Of a DNA stretch of 64,000 bases, positions 48,613 to 57,519 are shown one piece after another. Position 1 is the stretch's first letter. Every line of letters begins with the position of its first letter. Position numbers and translations under genes: made by a program. This DNA is from Bacteroidota bacterium (GTDB lineage Bacteria > Bacteroidota > Bacteroidia > AKYH767-A > 2013-40CM-41-45): positions 73,920 through 137,919 of the forward strand of contig QQVM01000021.1 in the NCBI GenBank assembly GCA_003389385.1. The letters are read 5' to 3'. The notes beneath the pieces were generated by a model. The model did not search any database and was not told the origin of the DNA. It saw only the letters and a program-made list of their open reading frames with translations.

Positions 48613-49668
48613 ATGAGACTTAAAAACCCGACGCCAAGATTTCTTTCGTTTTACGCCGCCGTATCTGTGAGTCTGGTTGGTTTAATACTCCTTCTTTTGT
48701 TTTATTTCACAGACTTAAAAGCTGAGTCATTTTCATCCCTGATCCTAATTGTAGTTGTACTTTTCACGTCATCATATTTGATTTTCCGCTTCTTTCTTGA
48801 ATTTTTTATTTATAGAAAGATTAAACTGATATACAAAACAATCAATACATTACAGGAAACCAAACAACATACATCAAGCCTGCTTGAAGGAAAGGAAGAC
48901 ATTATTGGAAATGTCAACAAGGAAGTTATGAAGTGGAACGAAGCCCGATCAGAAGAAATCAGTATACTCAGAAAAAATGAAATCTTCCGTAAGGAATTTC
49001 TGGGTAATGTTTCTCATGAGTTGAAAACACCTATATTCAACATACAAGGTTACATACATACACTTCTTGACGGTGGTATAGATGATCCTGAAGTCAATAT
49101 TCATTACTTGCAGAGAGCTGCAAAATCAGCAGAACGTTTGTGTATGATCGTAGAAGATTTAGAGCAGATTTCAAATCTCGAATCCGGAGATTTTAAAATT
49201 GAGATGCGCACTTTCGACATTTATGATCTTGCCGAGGATGTTTTGGACAGCCAGGATTTGTATGCCGGTGAGAAAAACATCCAGCTTGGATTCAAAGATG
49301 GATTGAATAAACCTGTATATGTTATAGGCGATAAGGACAGAATAAGAGAGGTGCTTGTAAACCTTGTAGTGAACTCAATTAAATATGGAAAGAAAGGTGG
49401 AAGCACCAAAATCGGATTTTACGATATGGATGAGAAAATTCTGGTTGAAGTCACTGATACCGGAATAGGAATCAGCTCCGAGCACTTGCCCAGATTGTTT
49501 GAACGGTTTTACAGAGTCGATAAAGGCAGGTCCAGAGATCAGGGCGGTTCTGGTCTGGGATTGGCAATTGTAAAGCATATTATAGAAGCACATAAACAGG
49601 TTATTAAGGTCAGAAGTACATTGACAGAAGGAAGCACTTTCTCCTTCACTCTAAACAAAGCTGATTGA
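48613..49668 (+). CDS. sensor histidine kinase (2 TM, HisKA + HATPase_c)
   Basis: H-box HELKTPIFNIQGY, a G-box TDTGIGI, GGSGLGLAIVK, and two N-terminal TM helices with a short periplasmic loop. Confidence 0.9.
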   Translation: MRLKNPTPRFLSFYAAVSVSLVGLILLLLFYFTDLKAESFSSLILIVVVLFTSSYLIFRFFLEFFIYRKIKLIYKTINTLQETKQHTSSLLEGKEDIIGNVNKEVMKWNEARSEEISILRKNEIFRKEFLGNVSHELKTPIFNIQGYIHTLLDGGIDDPEVNIHYLQRAAKSAERLCMIVEDLEQISNLESGDFKIEMRTFDIYDLAEDVLDSQDLYAGEKNIQLGFKDGLNKPVYVIGDKDRIREVLVNLVVNSIKYGKKGGSTKIGFYDMDEKILVEVTDTGIGISSEHLPRLFERFYRVDKGRSRDQGGSGLGLAIVKHIIEAHKQVIKVRSTLTEGSTFSFTLNKAD

Positions 49669-49690
49669 TCATACAAATAGAACCTATAAA

Positions 49691-50215
49691 ATGAAACACA
49701 AAAGAATGAAATTGAAAATTTGCATTACAATTATTGTCGTGGCAGCATTTATTGGCTGTGGTAAAACTGAAAATGAATATTCACAGTTAAGTATATTTCT
49801 TACTGATGCGCCTGCCGCATATGACAGTGTTTTGATTGATGTGAAGTCGGTTGAAGTTCACACCAACAATGGAGGCTGGATTTCCTTACCTACAAATCAA
49901 GGCATATATGATTTGCTTCAACTTAGGAATAATGTGGATACATTGCTTGTTCCGGTCCAGCAGATACCTGCAGGAAAAGTAAGTCAGGTTCGGTTAATTC
50001 TAGGCTCAGGCAACAGAATTGTGGACGGCGGAAATTCATATCCGCTTGTCATTCCCAGTGGAGAAGAGAGTGGATTAAAGCTCAATATACACCGCACATT
50101 GCAACCAAATACATCATACATTCTGTTGCTGGATTTTGATGCAGCTCAGTCAGTTCATCAAACTGGCAATGGACAATATAAGTTAAAACCTGTTATTAAA
50201 GCGAACTTCAGATAA
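49691..50215 (+). CDS. DUF4382-family lipoprotein
   Basis: Lipobox AAFIGCG, then LTDAPAAYDSVLIDVKSVEVH...IPAGKVSQVRLIL...PSGEESGLKLN, a pattern typical of DUF4382. Confidence 0.65.
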   Translation: MKHKRMKLKICITIIVVAAFIGCGKTENEYSQLSIFLTDAPAAYDSVLIDVKSVEVHTNNGGWISLPTNQGIYDLLQLRNNVDTLLVPVQQIPAGKVSQVRLILGSGNRIVDGGNSYPLVIPSGEESGLKLNIHRTLQPNTSYILLLDFDAAQSVHQTGNGQYKLKPVIKANFR

Positions 50216-50231
50216 TACTCCTGATTCCATA

Positions 50232-50678
50232 TTAGAATTGTTTTGACATTCTGTAATGCTTGATTTGCCCAAATAAAGTGTAAGAGTCAGCGATTATTTT
50301 GTATCCGTTTTTTTCATAGAAAGCCAGGGCATTTTCTCTGGCATCCAGGATAATTTCTTTTACACCTTTTTCAACACATGTATTTTCAATGTGACGAATG
50401 ATGCTTGAGCCAAGTCCTTCGCCTCTGAAATCTTCTCTGACAGCCATAGATCGGATCTGTGCCTGCAATGGTGTATTCCATTGAATTCTTCCACAGGCAA
50501 CAGCCTCAGAGTTGGAGTCCAGCATGAGAATATGTAAAGATTTTTGTTCGGCATCATCAAATGTCGCAGCAAACGGTTGTCCCCATGGTTTTCTTAGAAC
50601 TTCGTAGCGAAGACGGTAATATTTTTCAAGGTCTGAATCCGATTCTGCGGATATAATTCGAAAAGAACTTTTATTCAT
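50232..50678 (-). CDS. GNAT-family N-acetyltransferase
   Basis: VREDFRGEGLGSSII acetyl-CoA binding motif. Length 148 aa. Confidence 0.8.
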   Translation of the reverse strand: MNKSSFRIISAESDSDLEKYYRLRYEVLRKPWGQPFAATFDDAEQKSLHILMLDSNSEAVACGRIQWNTPLQAQIRSMAVREDFRGEGLGSSIIRHIENTCVEKGVKEIILDARENALAFYEKNGYKIIADSYTLFGQIKHYRMSKQF

Positions 50679-50690
50679 TTAACGATAGTG

Positions 50691-52079
50691 TTATTCCAGA
50701 GATATGTTTTCATCTCCGTTTTGATAAGGCATCCAGGAAATTATCAGCTGAAACATTTCATCTGTAGTTCGCATGCTTCCGGCTCTTTCTGTAACTGTTC
50801 TCGGTGGGTCAAATGGATTATTTGGATTAGCTGAGGTGTTGTCAAAGACACCGTGCACTTTAATAACAGAGCGTGCTGGAATTTTTTGGATCTTTTTATA
50901 AGTGTAAAAATACTGCCACTTGAAATCCCATTCAGGGATTCTGATCAGCCTGATTGTATCTCCTGAGGGAGTCATAGCATATGCGTGAAAACTTTTCCCG
51001 AGCAAGTGCATGTGAGGATTTATCGTTACAATCGACATATCGGATGGTACGCGATATTCTGTGGTGAAACTCATCACTGTATCCGGTGGAATAATAAGAG
51101 GGGGATCTATGCGAGTGATGCCCGATGTTCCCAGAATCATTTCCTTGAGTGGTCTTTTAGGTGCAGAAGGGCTGAAGAAAATATTGAAACTGCTTTGGTC
51201 ACTTGTGTCTACAGGACTCGGACCATAATGCATGTTGTCAAGCAGGAGGACTCCCTGTTTAGTTACCTTAATTCCACCGATTCCTTCAGGATATAAAACA
51301 GGTTCTACCCCTGGAAGAAAATTGCTCACGGAAGGACTTAACAATGGATAAGTTCCATCATCATTCGGCAAGTCCAGCAGTTCATAAGCTTTTTGCTTAT
51401 CATGTTTTTCAGTGTCAACGTAGGGTAATCCTTTGGTGTGATCTGCTTTTTCACCACGATCATATTGAACTATGTGAGCATTCACGTGATGAACCAGTTT
51501 TTTATTTCCAGGAACAATTTCGATGGCTTTGATAAAAGTATCCTGAGGAAATTCGAAAGGAATTTTTAACATGTAAAATTTATCCTGATTATCTCCTTTG
51601 ATAAAAACAGGATTTGGAATTTGCAGCACCATGTCAGGTTTCCCAAGAAAGCTGTTGTCATGAAAAACAGGCAGGGGAGGGCTAAGCTTTGGATTTCCTT
51701 CAGGCGCACCGGCTTCTATCCAGTTGTTGATCAGAGATTTTTCATTGTGAGTCAGTGCTTTTTCACCTTTAAAAGAAACGTATTCAGGATCAGCCGGCCA
51801 TGGAGGCATTATTCCTGAATTTATTACGAGTTGAATTGTTTTCAAACGGCTTGTTACATCTTCAAATGTCAGAAGATTAATCGGTGCAGATGAACCGGGC
51901 CTGTGACAGGGACTGCACTTTGCATGAATGATCGGAGCAATGTGAACTGAATAAACAAGGTTTTGATCTGAAGTAGTATTTTCTGTCTGGCTGCATGAGG
52001 TTGCCAATATGAAAATACAGGTGAAGACCAAGCCTGTTTGGAGTAATCGAATTACCGGCATATTAAATCCTGAGTGCAA
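50691..52079 (-). CDS. c-type cytochrome domain fused to copper type II (PHM/DBH-like) monooxygenase core, probable lipoprotein
   Basis: N-terminus LATSCSQ. Heme motif HIAPIIHAKCSPCHRPGSSAPINLLTFEDV...IMPPWPAD. CuH-like LVHHVNAH. CuM-like NPHMHLLGKSF ... TDEMFQLII. Confidence 0.7.
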   Translation of the reverse strand: MHSGFNMPVIRLLQTGLVFTCIFILATSCSQTENTTSDQNLVYSVHIAPIIHAKCSPCHRPGSSAPINLLTFEDVTSRLKTIQLVINSGIMPPWPADPEYVSFKGEKALTHNEKSLINNWIEAGAPEGNPKLSPPLPVFHDNSFLGKPDMVLQIPNPVFIKGDNQDKFYMLKIPFEFPQDTFIKAIEIVPGNKKLVHHVNAHIVQYDRGEKADHTKGLPYVDTEKHDKQKAYELLDLPNDDGTYPLLSPSVSNFLPGVEPVLYPEGIGGIKVTKQGVLLLDNMHYGPSPVDTSDQSSFNIFFSPSAPKRPLKEMILGTSGITRIDPPLIIPPDTVMSFTTEYRVPSDMSIVTINPHMHLLGKSFHAYAMTPSGDTIRLIRIPEWDFKWQYFYTYKKIQKIPARSVIKVHGVFDNTSANPNNPFDPPRTVTERAGSMRTTDEMFQLIISWMPYQNGDENISLE

Positions 52080-52089
52080 ATTAAATTCT

Positions 52090-52698
52090 TCATTCGATGA
52101 TACAGCCTATCGCACGGGTTTTCTTCACTTGAATTTCTTTTCCCTGAAGAAATTCTTCGATGGCATTTTTCAAGTCATGAGTGCGCGCTTCACGCCTTTT
52201 CTTCCCAGGAGCGTACATCCAGTCATCCACTCTTCCCTGATACAATATTCTAGCTTTATTGTCCAGTAGAAACACCTCAGGAGAAATCACTGCGCCAAGT
52301 AAAGATACAATCATCTTATCAGGATCGCGAAGGAGCGGGAAGCGTATTTTATATCTTCTCTGATATGCTCTCATTTCTTCTGGTTTTCCATAGGGTCCTG
52401 GAAATACACCATATAATTTAATTCCGGCTTCAGAATATTTTTCATGAAACTCATTGAAGTTTTTAGAATAATTTTCACATGCAGGACAATCAGGAAGTAG
52501 GAATACAATTATACTGGCTTTGTTGGAAGCTAATTCGGAGAAATTGAAATTATTTCCGTCAATTGTTTTTAATTTCTGATCAAAGAGAATTCTTTGTTGT
52601 GCCAAGGAGTTCGATGATAAAAACAAAAGCGACAGACAGCAGATGCAGAGTAGAGATATGAGCTTTCCTGTCTTATATTTCATCAGTTGAATATTCAA
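52090..52698 (-). CDS. TlpA/ResA-like thiol:disulfide oxidoreductase (redoxin)
   Basis: Signal peptide and LLPDCPACENY CxxC. The start overlaps the 3' end of the downstream nuclease gene by 11-26 nt depending on which Met is used. Confidence 0.75.
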   Translation of the reverse strand: MNIQLMKYKTGKLISLLCICCLSLLFLSSNSLAQQRILFDQKLKTIDGNNFNFSELASNKASIIVFLLPDCPACENYSKNFNEFHEKYSEAGIKLYGVFPGPYGKPEEMRAYQRRYKIRFPLLRDPDKMIVSLLGAVISPEVFLLDNKARILYQGRVDDWMYAPGKKRREARTHDLKNAIEEFLQGKEIQVKKTRAIGCIIE

Positions 52699-54061
52699 GA
52701 ATTTTTGTTCCGGGATTGTGATCCAGATGATATTTGATTATTCGGTGAACATCCTTGTTATCCTGCTTATAGCTGACTGCAGACTGAATTGCTCCTATGG
52801 AATGGCCTGTGGATTCAGGATCAAAATATCCAAAGCCCAGATATCGTCCTTGTTCAATCTGCACAACGGTTTTTTCAGTATTGTTTCTGCCTTCACCGAT
52901 GATCATGAAATTCTGATGGCGGTACAAGAGGCTTGCAAGTGCTTTTTCAGCCCTTTGATTATAAAGCTCAGCCGTTTCCTTGCCTATACAAGCACCATTG
53001 CACAAATTCACACTATAATTAAAGCAGGCGTGTGAAATAGGATACAAACCGCAAAGTTTTTGGCAGAGATTAAATGCTTTTTGAAGACGGATAATCTGCT
53101 GCACAGCTTCTTCTTGAGTTCTGGCCATGCATACCGCGTTTATACCTTGCCTGAACTTTCCAGGTTTAAAATTTAAATAGCCCTGATCATCTTCCGATTG
53201 AATCACGCAATAATTGAAATAAGTGTTTTTCTGGGCGCGGTTAAACACAGGTTGAACAGTTTTAATCTCATCCGATTCGAGCAAAAGAGCAATCAATTCA
53301 TTGCCAGTAGATTCAAAAGAAACATCCCTGATCATATTACGCATTTCAAGCGCTTTTCTGCTTTGTTTATTTCTGAAGTGACTGAGGACTCGTTTTCTGA
53401 TATTATTGCTCTTTCCAATATAGATTATTGAGCCATCTTCGTTATAAAAATAATATACACCCGGACTTTCAGGGAGATTGTCTAGAATTCTGTGGTTGAA
53501 TTCGGGCGGAAAGCGGAGGTGGAGATAGTCATTTTTAACAGATTGCTGAATAAGCTCCTGCGAATTTTTTTGAGCAAGAAGTATTTCAAACAACTTTACT
53601 GTAGCCAGAGCGTCTCCGCCGGCTCTGTGGCGGCCGACAATTTCAATTCCTAATCCTGAACATAAATTTCCGAGGCTGTAAGATCTGAAACCAGGAATCA
53701 TCTTCCGACTCAGTTTCACCGTACATAAATAATCTCTGGAGTAGCTATAGCCAAGTGATTTGAATTCCTGTACTATGAAGGAATAATCAAAATTAGCGTT
53801 ATGAGCGACAATTGTAGCGCCTTCTGTAAACTGCACGATGTCTTTCGCGATTTCAAAAAAACGCGGCGCTTCCTGTACCATTTCATTATCAATTCCAGTA
53901 AGCCTGGTGATAAATGGAGGAATCATCATTTCGGGATTTATAAGAGTTACGTATTCGTCAACTACAGATTTTCCGTCATGAAGATATATGGCTATTTCAG
54001 TGATCTTGTCGTAACCTGAATTTCCGCCCGTAGTTTCTATGTCAAGTACTGCATAAAGCAT
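52673..54061 (-). CDS. DnaQ-like 3'-5' exonuclease fused to GIY-YIG nuclease domain
   Basis: Exo I VLDIETTGG, Exo II HNANFDYSF, Exo III HRAGGDALAT. Then GIY-YIG GVYYFYNEDGSIIYIGKSNNIRKR. Length 462 aa. Confidence 0.8.
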   Translation of the reverse strand: MLYAVLDIETTGGNSGYDKITEIAIYLHDGKSVVDEYVTLINPEMMIPPFITRLTGIDNEMVQEAPRFFEIAKDIVQFTEGATIVAHNANFDYSFIVQEFKSLGYSYSRDYLCTVKLSRKMIPGFRSYSLGNLCSGLGIEIVGRHRAGGDALATVKLFEILLAQKNSQELIQQSVKNDYLHLRFPPEFNHRILDNLPESPGVYYFYNEDGSIIYIGKSNNIRKRVLSHFRNKQSRKALEMRNMIRDVSFESTGNELIALLLESDEIKTVQPVFNRAQKNTYFNYCVIQSEDDQGYLNFKPGKFRQGINAVCMARTQEEAVQQIIRLQKAFNLCQKLCGLYPISHACFNYSVNLCNGACIGKETAELYNQRAEKALASLLYRHQNFMIIGEGRNNTEKTVVQIEQGRYLGFGYFDPESTGHSIGAIQSAVSYKQDNKDVHRIIKYHLDHNPGTKILEYSTDEI

Positions 54062-54125
54062 GAATAAGACGAATATAAAAAAAAGAGCAACATGATTATG
54101 TTGCTCTTTTCACAGAAATTCAATT

Positions 54126-55421
54126 TTACTCAACAATGAATCTGTCACCGAAGAGGTTTTGTCCTAATTCGTCAATTACAGTGTAGAAATACTGACCTGA
54201 AGCAAGTGAGCTGACAGAAATTCTGAATTCAGTGTGATTTCCGTTTTGGATTATATTCACGGGAACTTCAACAATCCTGTATCTGCTGTCCGCGATAAGA
54301 AGTACCGGATTTTTTAACGGCTCTTTAGTTTCGACAGAGAGGTTGCTGAAGTTTCGCGCAGGATTCGGATAAAAGTTTTTGCTGATTACGACAGGTGCTA
54401 CTTCCATCACGTCTATTGTATTGGCTGATATTGCAACTCGATTCATGTTTGTGGCACCGTTCGCTGTAAAATCACCTCCAACAATCACCTTACCATTCTG
54501 ATATGCCATAGCATAAATTGCACCGTTCAAGCTACTACCTTCTGAGAAAAGGGGTGATCCGGAAATATTAGCAGAAAAGAAGTACGGTATGGAACTGCCA
54601 TTTGACGGAGATGTCGTGAAAGATCCACCGCCGAAAAGTTTCAATGGAGTTGCCATAAGACTAAGGAGGTGATTATTGAGAGAGTATACTGCAGTACCGA
54701 TTGAACCTGAAAGGTAGCTTGCAAAATATTGTCCTGGAGAATTGAAACGTCCTCCAATGTATAATCTGCCATTGAAAGTAGCCAGAGTTAGTACTTCATT
54801 ATTGAGGCCACCTGACAGTGCAGTCCATGTACTGCCTGCAAGCCTTGACACTCCATTTGGAAATGAAGTGTGCAGACCGCCTATATAAATTTCACTATTA
54901 TATTTTGCTATGGCATTTACACTTCCGGCTGCAGGCTGATTTCCTACCTGACTGAAAGTTGAACCGTTATACAAACCAACACGGCTGATGTTAGTTGGAG
55001 CCAGTACGCCGAAATTTCCTACAAAGTATAGACCGGCCGCATCACTTAAAAAAGCATTTATGGCTCCATTAGTCAAGCCTCCGTTCACTTCCTGCCATGT
55101 TCCGCCAGTGAGAACTGCCAAGCGTTTCACGCTGTTCGCACCGCTTTGAGTGAAAGTGCCTCCAGCATACAGTTGTCCGTTGTGAACAACAAGAGCATTA
55201 ACGATTCCATCACTGAACCCGGCGCCGACCTGTTCCCAGGAAGCTCCGTTCCACTTAGCTACTCGTGAAGGTGAAGTGAATTCACCGCCGGCATAAATTT
55301 CATTATTAAATACAACGAGAGCCTTTACGCGTCCATTCAAACCTGTACCCATTGGTACAAAGCTTGAAATGGCTGTAAATGATAAAAAGAGGAAACTGAT
55401 GAGGAGTAAGCTTTTCTTCAT
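54126..55421 (-). CDS. secreted beta-propeller repeat protein with T9SS C-terminal sorting domain
   Basis: Signal peptide. Repeated about 45-aa units (VNALVVHNGQLYAGGTF, VNAIAKYNSEIYIGG, LTLATFNGRLYIGGRF). The C-terminal CTD is PNPARNFSNLSV...GQYFYTVIDELGQNLFGDRFIVE. Confidence 0.7.
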   Translation of the reverse strand: MKKSLLLISFLFLSFTAISSFVPMGTGLNGRVKALVVFNNEIYAGGEFTSPSRVAKWNGASWEQVGAGFSDGIVNALVVHNGQLYAGGTFTQSGANSVKRLAVLTGGTWQEVNGGLTNGAINAFLSDAAGLYFVGNFGVLAPTNISRVGLYNGSTFSQVGNQPAAGSVNAIAKYNSEIYIGGLHTSFPNGVSRLAGSTWTALSGGLNNEVLTLATFNGRLYIGGRFNSPGQYFASYLSGSIGTAVYSLNNHLLSLMATPLKLFGGGSFTTSPSNGSSIPYFFSANISGSPLFSEGSSLNGAIYAMAYQNGKVIVGGDFTANGATNMNRVAISANTIDVMEVAPVVISKNFYPNPARNFSNLSVETKEPLKNPVLLIADSRYRIVEVPVNIIQNGNHTEFRISVSSLASGQYFYTVIDELGQNLFGDRFIVE

Positions 55422-55485
55422 TGCTGTGAATTTTAGGGCGCAAAATAAGGGAAATAAATGTACTTGGGAAAGCCTTTTTATCGCT

Positions 55486-56943
55486 TTAAGGTGCTTTTTT
55501 ATAGATGAAGTTCAGTGCGTTACAGGAACTGAGATCTGAAGAAAGTCGCAAGATTCTGTCACGTTTGCCGTCATTAAATTGAATGGCAGCAGTATTAGGC
55601 GGGTTTCTTCCGAGGTTATTTGCGAAAAGCACCAGGAAGTTATTTGTGTCTTCTTTGAGCGTTAGTTTAATTTCCTTTTTCTTTTTTGTTACTCCATAGT
55701 TTTTAAGCAGCCAGCTTCCGTTGAAGAACAGCGACATGGTGTCACCGTCTACGTAGGAGTTGTCAAAAATGTAAACAATAATTTCCGGAGTATTAAGAAT
55801 GATGTTCTCAGAACTCTGCACTTTACGACCCTGAATAAACTCAGGTATGTTTTCCAAGTTAAGTCTTACAGTTGTATCATTGTTTGAGCTGATTTCGACT
55901 TCAGGTTTGCTAATTGATTCAGTGGCTTTTGTAATTTTATCAGGAGCGTCTTTCGGAATTTCGTCTTCAGGAAGGCTTATCCATTTTATAAGGCGTCCGT
56001 CCTTACCTGCGGTAAAAAGCGTTCGGCTGTCAGGTCCAAATGAAGAACAAGTCACCGGACCAGTATGACCAAAAATTTCCTGTTGCACTTTTTTTTCGAA
56101 GGGTCTCCAGACTCTTGCCCAGTTTCCGATCAATCCACTTACCATGATTTTGCCGTCAGGAGAGAAGTTCATCGGAGCAGGATTGCCGGCGCGGAACCAG
56201 TGATATGGAGTGAAGTCAAGTTGACCCAACTTGTATTTCCAGAATGCAATACTGCCTTCTTCATTCCATGAAACCAGCAAACTGTCGCCAATGAGGTGAA
56301 GATATTTTACGGATGAATTTCCGGTGTTTACTTCCTGGCGGATAATATCAGATCTGGTATTAAGCACTTTCAGCTTATTTCCGGCTGCGAATATCAGAGA
56401 GTTTCTGTCGGGAGTGATAATGGCAGCATTCAGCACTTCAGCGTCTTCCATCACCAAATTCACCTTTTGTGTGAGGTCAGATCTGGTTTTATACATCCTT
56501 CTCCCGGAGTTGAAATATATGAACCCGTCGGCGATTGAAAACAAAACAAAGTTCATGTTGCTGTAGTCCGGAGAAAAAATCCCCTGTATATACTCGTTCT
56601 TGTCGAAGTCGAAAATTTTAATTTCTCCGTCTGAGGTGGAGCTAATCATCAAGCGTCCATTTGAATTCAATCCAATGGTCTTTACTGCGTTTCCGTGTGC
56701 CTTGAAGCGCCTAAGCTCTTTTCCGTCACTGAGATCTCTGAAGGCTATTTCTCCGTTTTCATATCCACAAATGAGTTTATTGGAGTGAACATTTCTGAAA
56801 AGTGTGGTGACAGGAATTCCGGCATCTTCAAACCTTGTATGTTCGGTGAACTTCAGTTCCTCCGATAAGACGGCATATGTGAAATTCATCCATGAAGCAA
56901 CAATAACGATTAAAGATACAGTGGTACGGACTAATAATGCCAT
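55486..56943 (-). CDS. signal-anchored WD40 beta-propeller protein with unassigned C-terminal domain
   Basis: N-terminal hydrophobic segment, WD40-like blades (CGYENGEIAFRD, SSTSDGEIKIFD, TAGKDGRLIKW), then an about 130-aa C-terminal domain with no recognised motif. Confidence 0.6.
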   Translation of the reverse strand: MALLVRTTVSLIVIVASWMNFTYAVLSEELKFTEHTRFEDAGIPVTTLFRNVHSNKLICGYENGEIAFRDLSDGKELRRFKAHGNAVKTIGLNSNGRLMISSTSDGEIKIFDFDKNEYIQGIFSPDYSNMNFVLFSIADGFIYFNSGRRMYKTRSDLTQKVNLVMEDAEVLNAAIITPDRNSLIFAAGNKLKVLNTRSDIIRQEVNTGNSSVKYLHLIGDSLLVSWNEEGSIAFWKYKLGQLDFTPYHWFRAGNPAPMNFSPDGKIMVSGLIGNWARVWRPFEKKVQQEIFGHTGPVTCSSFGPDSRTLFTAGKDGRLIKWISLPEDEIPKDAPDKITKATESISKPEVEISSNNDTTVRLNLENIPEFIQGRKVQSSENIILNTPEIIVYIFDNSYVDGDTMSLFFNGSWLLKNYGVTKKKKEIKLTLKEDTNNFLVLFANNLGRNPPNTAAIQFNDGKRDRILRLSSDLSSCNALNFIYKKAP

Positions 56944-57064
56944 TATATTTAAAATATTAATGCGAAGTTAAAGGGAATATGCTCTGATGATTGGCCATGA
57001 AGCTGACATTTATCAGATCTTCATGTTAAAAACCTGTTCACTCAGAATTATTACTCTGAAGAAA

Positions 57065-57445
57065 TCATATGATGCTTTTTATTGCCATCAAACCTCCATA
57101 TGCAAGAGCAATTCCGCCTATCAAGCTGCATGCGATGTAGGCGAATAAAATTGTAAACTGTTGCATTTGCAGCATGTGAAGGGATTCCATACTGAAAGCT
57201 GAAAAGGTTGTAAATCCTCCCAGTAGACCGGAAATGAACAGCAAATTATAGTTGATATTCATCAGTCCGGAATGCCCCATTCCTGCGAAAAATCCAATAA
57301 CAAATGAACCGAGCAGATTAACCATCAGTGTTGCCCATGGGAATGAATGATTTTCAACTGAGTTGTACATCATGTTACTTATCATGAACCGAAGCACGCT
57401 GCCAACAGCGCCACCAGTTCCTACAAGTAAATAATATTTGAGCAT
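57065..57445 (-). CDS. crcB: fluoride ion channel CrcB/Fluc
   Basis: 126 aa with 4 TM helices and GTGGAVGSVLRF and NLLGSFVIGF motifs. Confidence 0.85.
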   Translation of the reverse strand: MLKYYLLVGTGGAVGSVLRFMISNMMYNSVENHSFPWATLMVNLLGSFVIGFFAGMGHSGLMNINYNLLFISGLLGGFTTFSAFSMESLHMLQMQQFTILFAYIACSLIGGIALAYGGLMAIKSII

Positions 57446-57473
57446 TGGATTTTATTTAAGCCGGGATAAAAAT

Positions 57474-57497
57474 AAAAAAAAAACCGCCGGAGCGGGT
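57474..57497 (-). terminator. weak candidate terminator after the DUF3078 gene
   Basis: The minus-strand read is CCGC-TCCG-GCGG followed by U10. The stem is only 4 bp. Confidence 0.35.
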
Positions 57498-57519
57498 TAT
57501 GTAATTCAGTCAGCCGATA

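Noticed and set aside
57446-57519. Possible fluoride riboswitch upstream of crcB
   Set aside because: No GGnGAUGGnGUUCnCC or AACCGCC core elements are visible on the minus strand. The only structure is a short GC hairpin plus a U-run that fits a terminator for the upstream gene.
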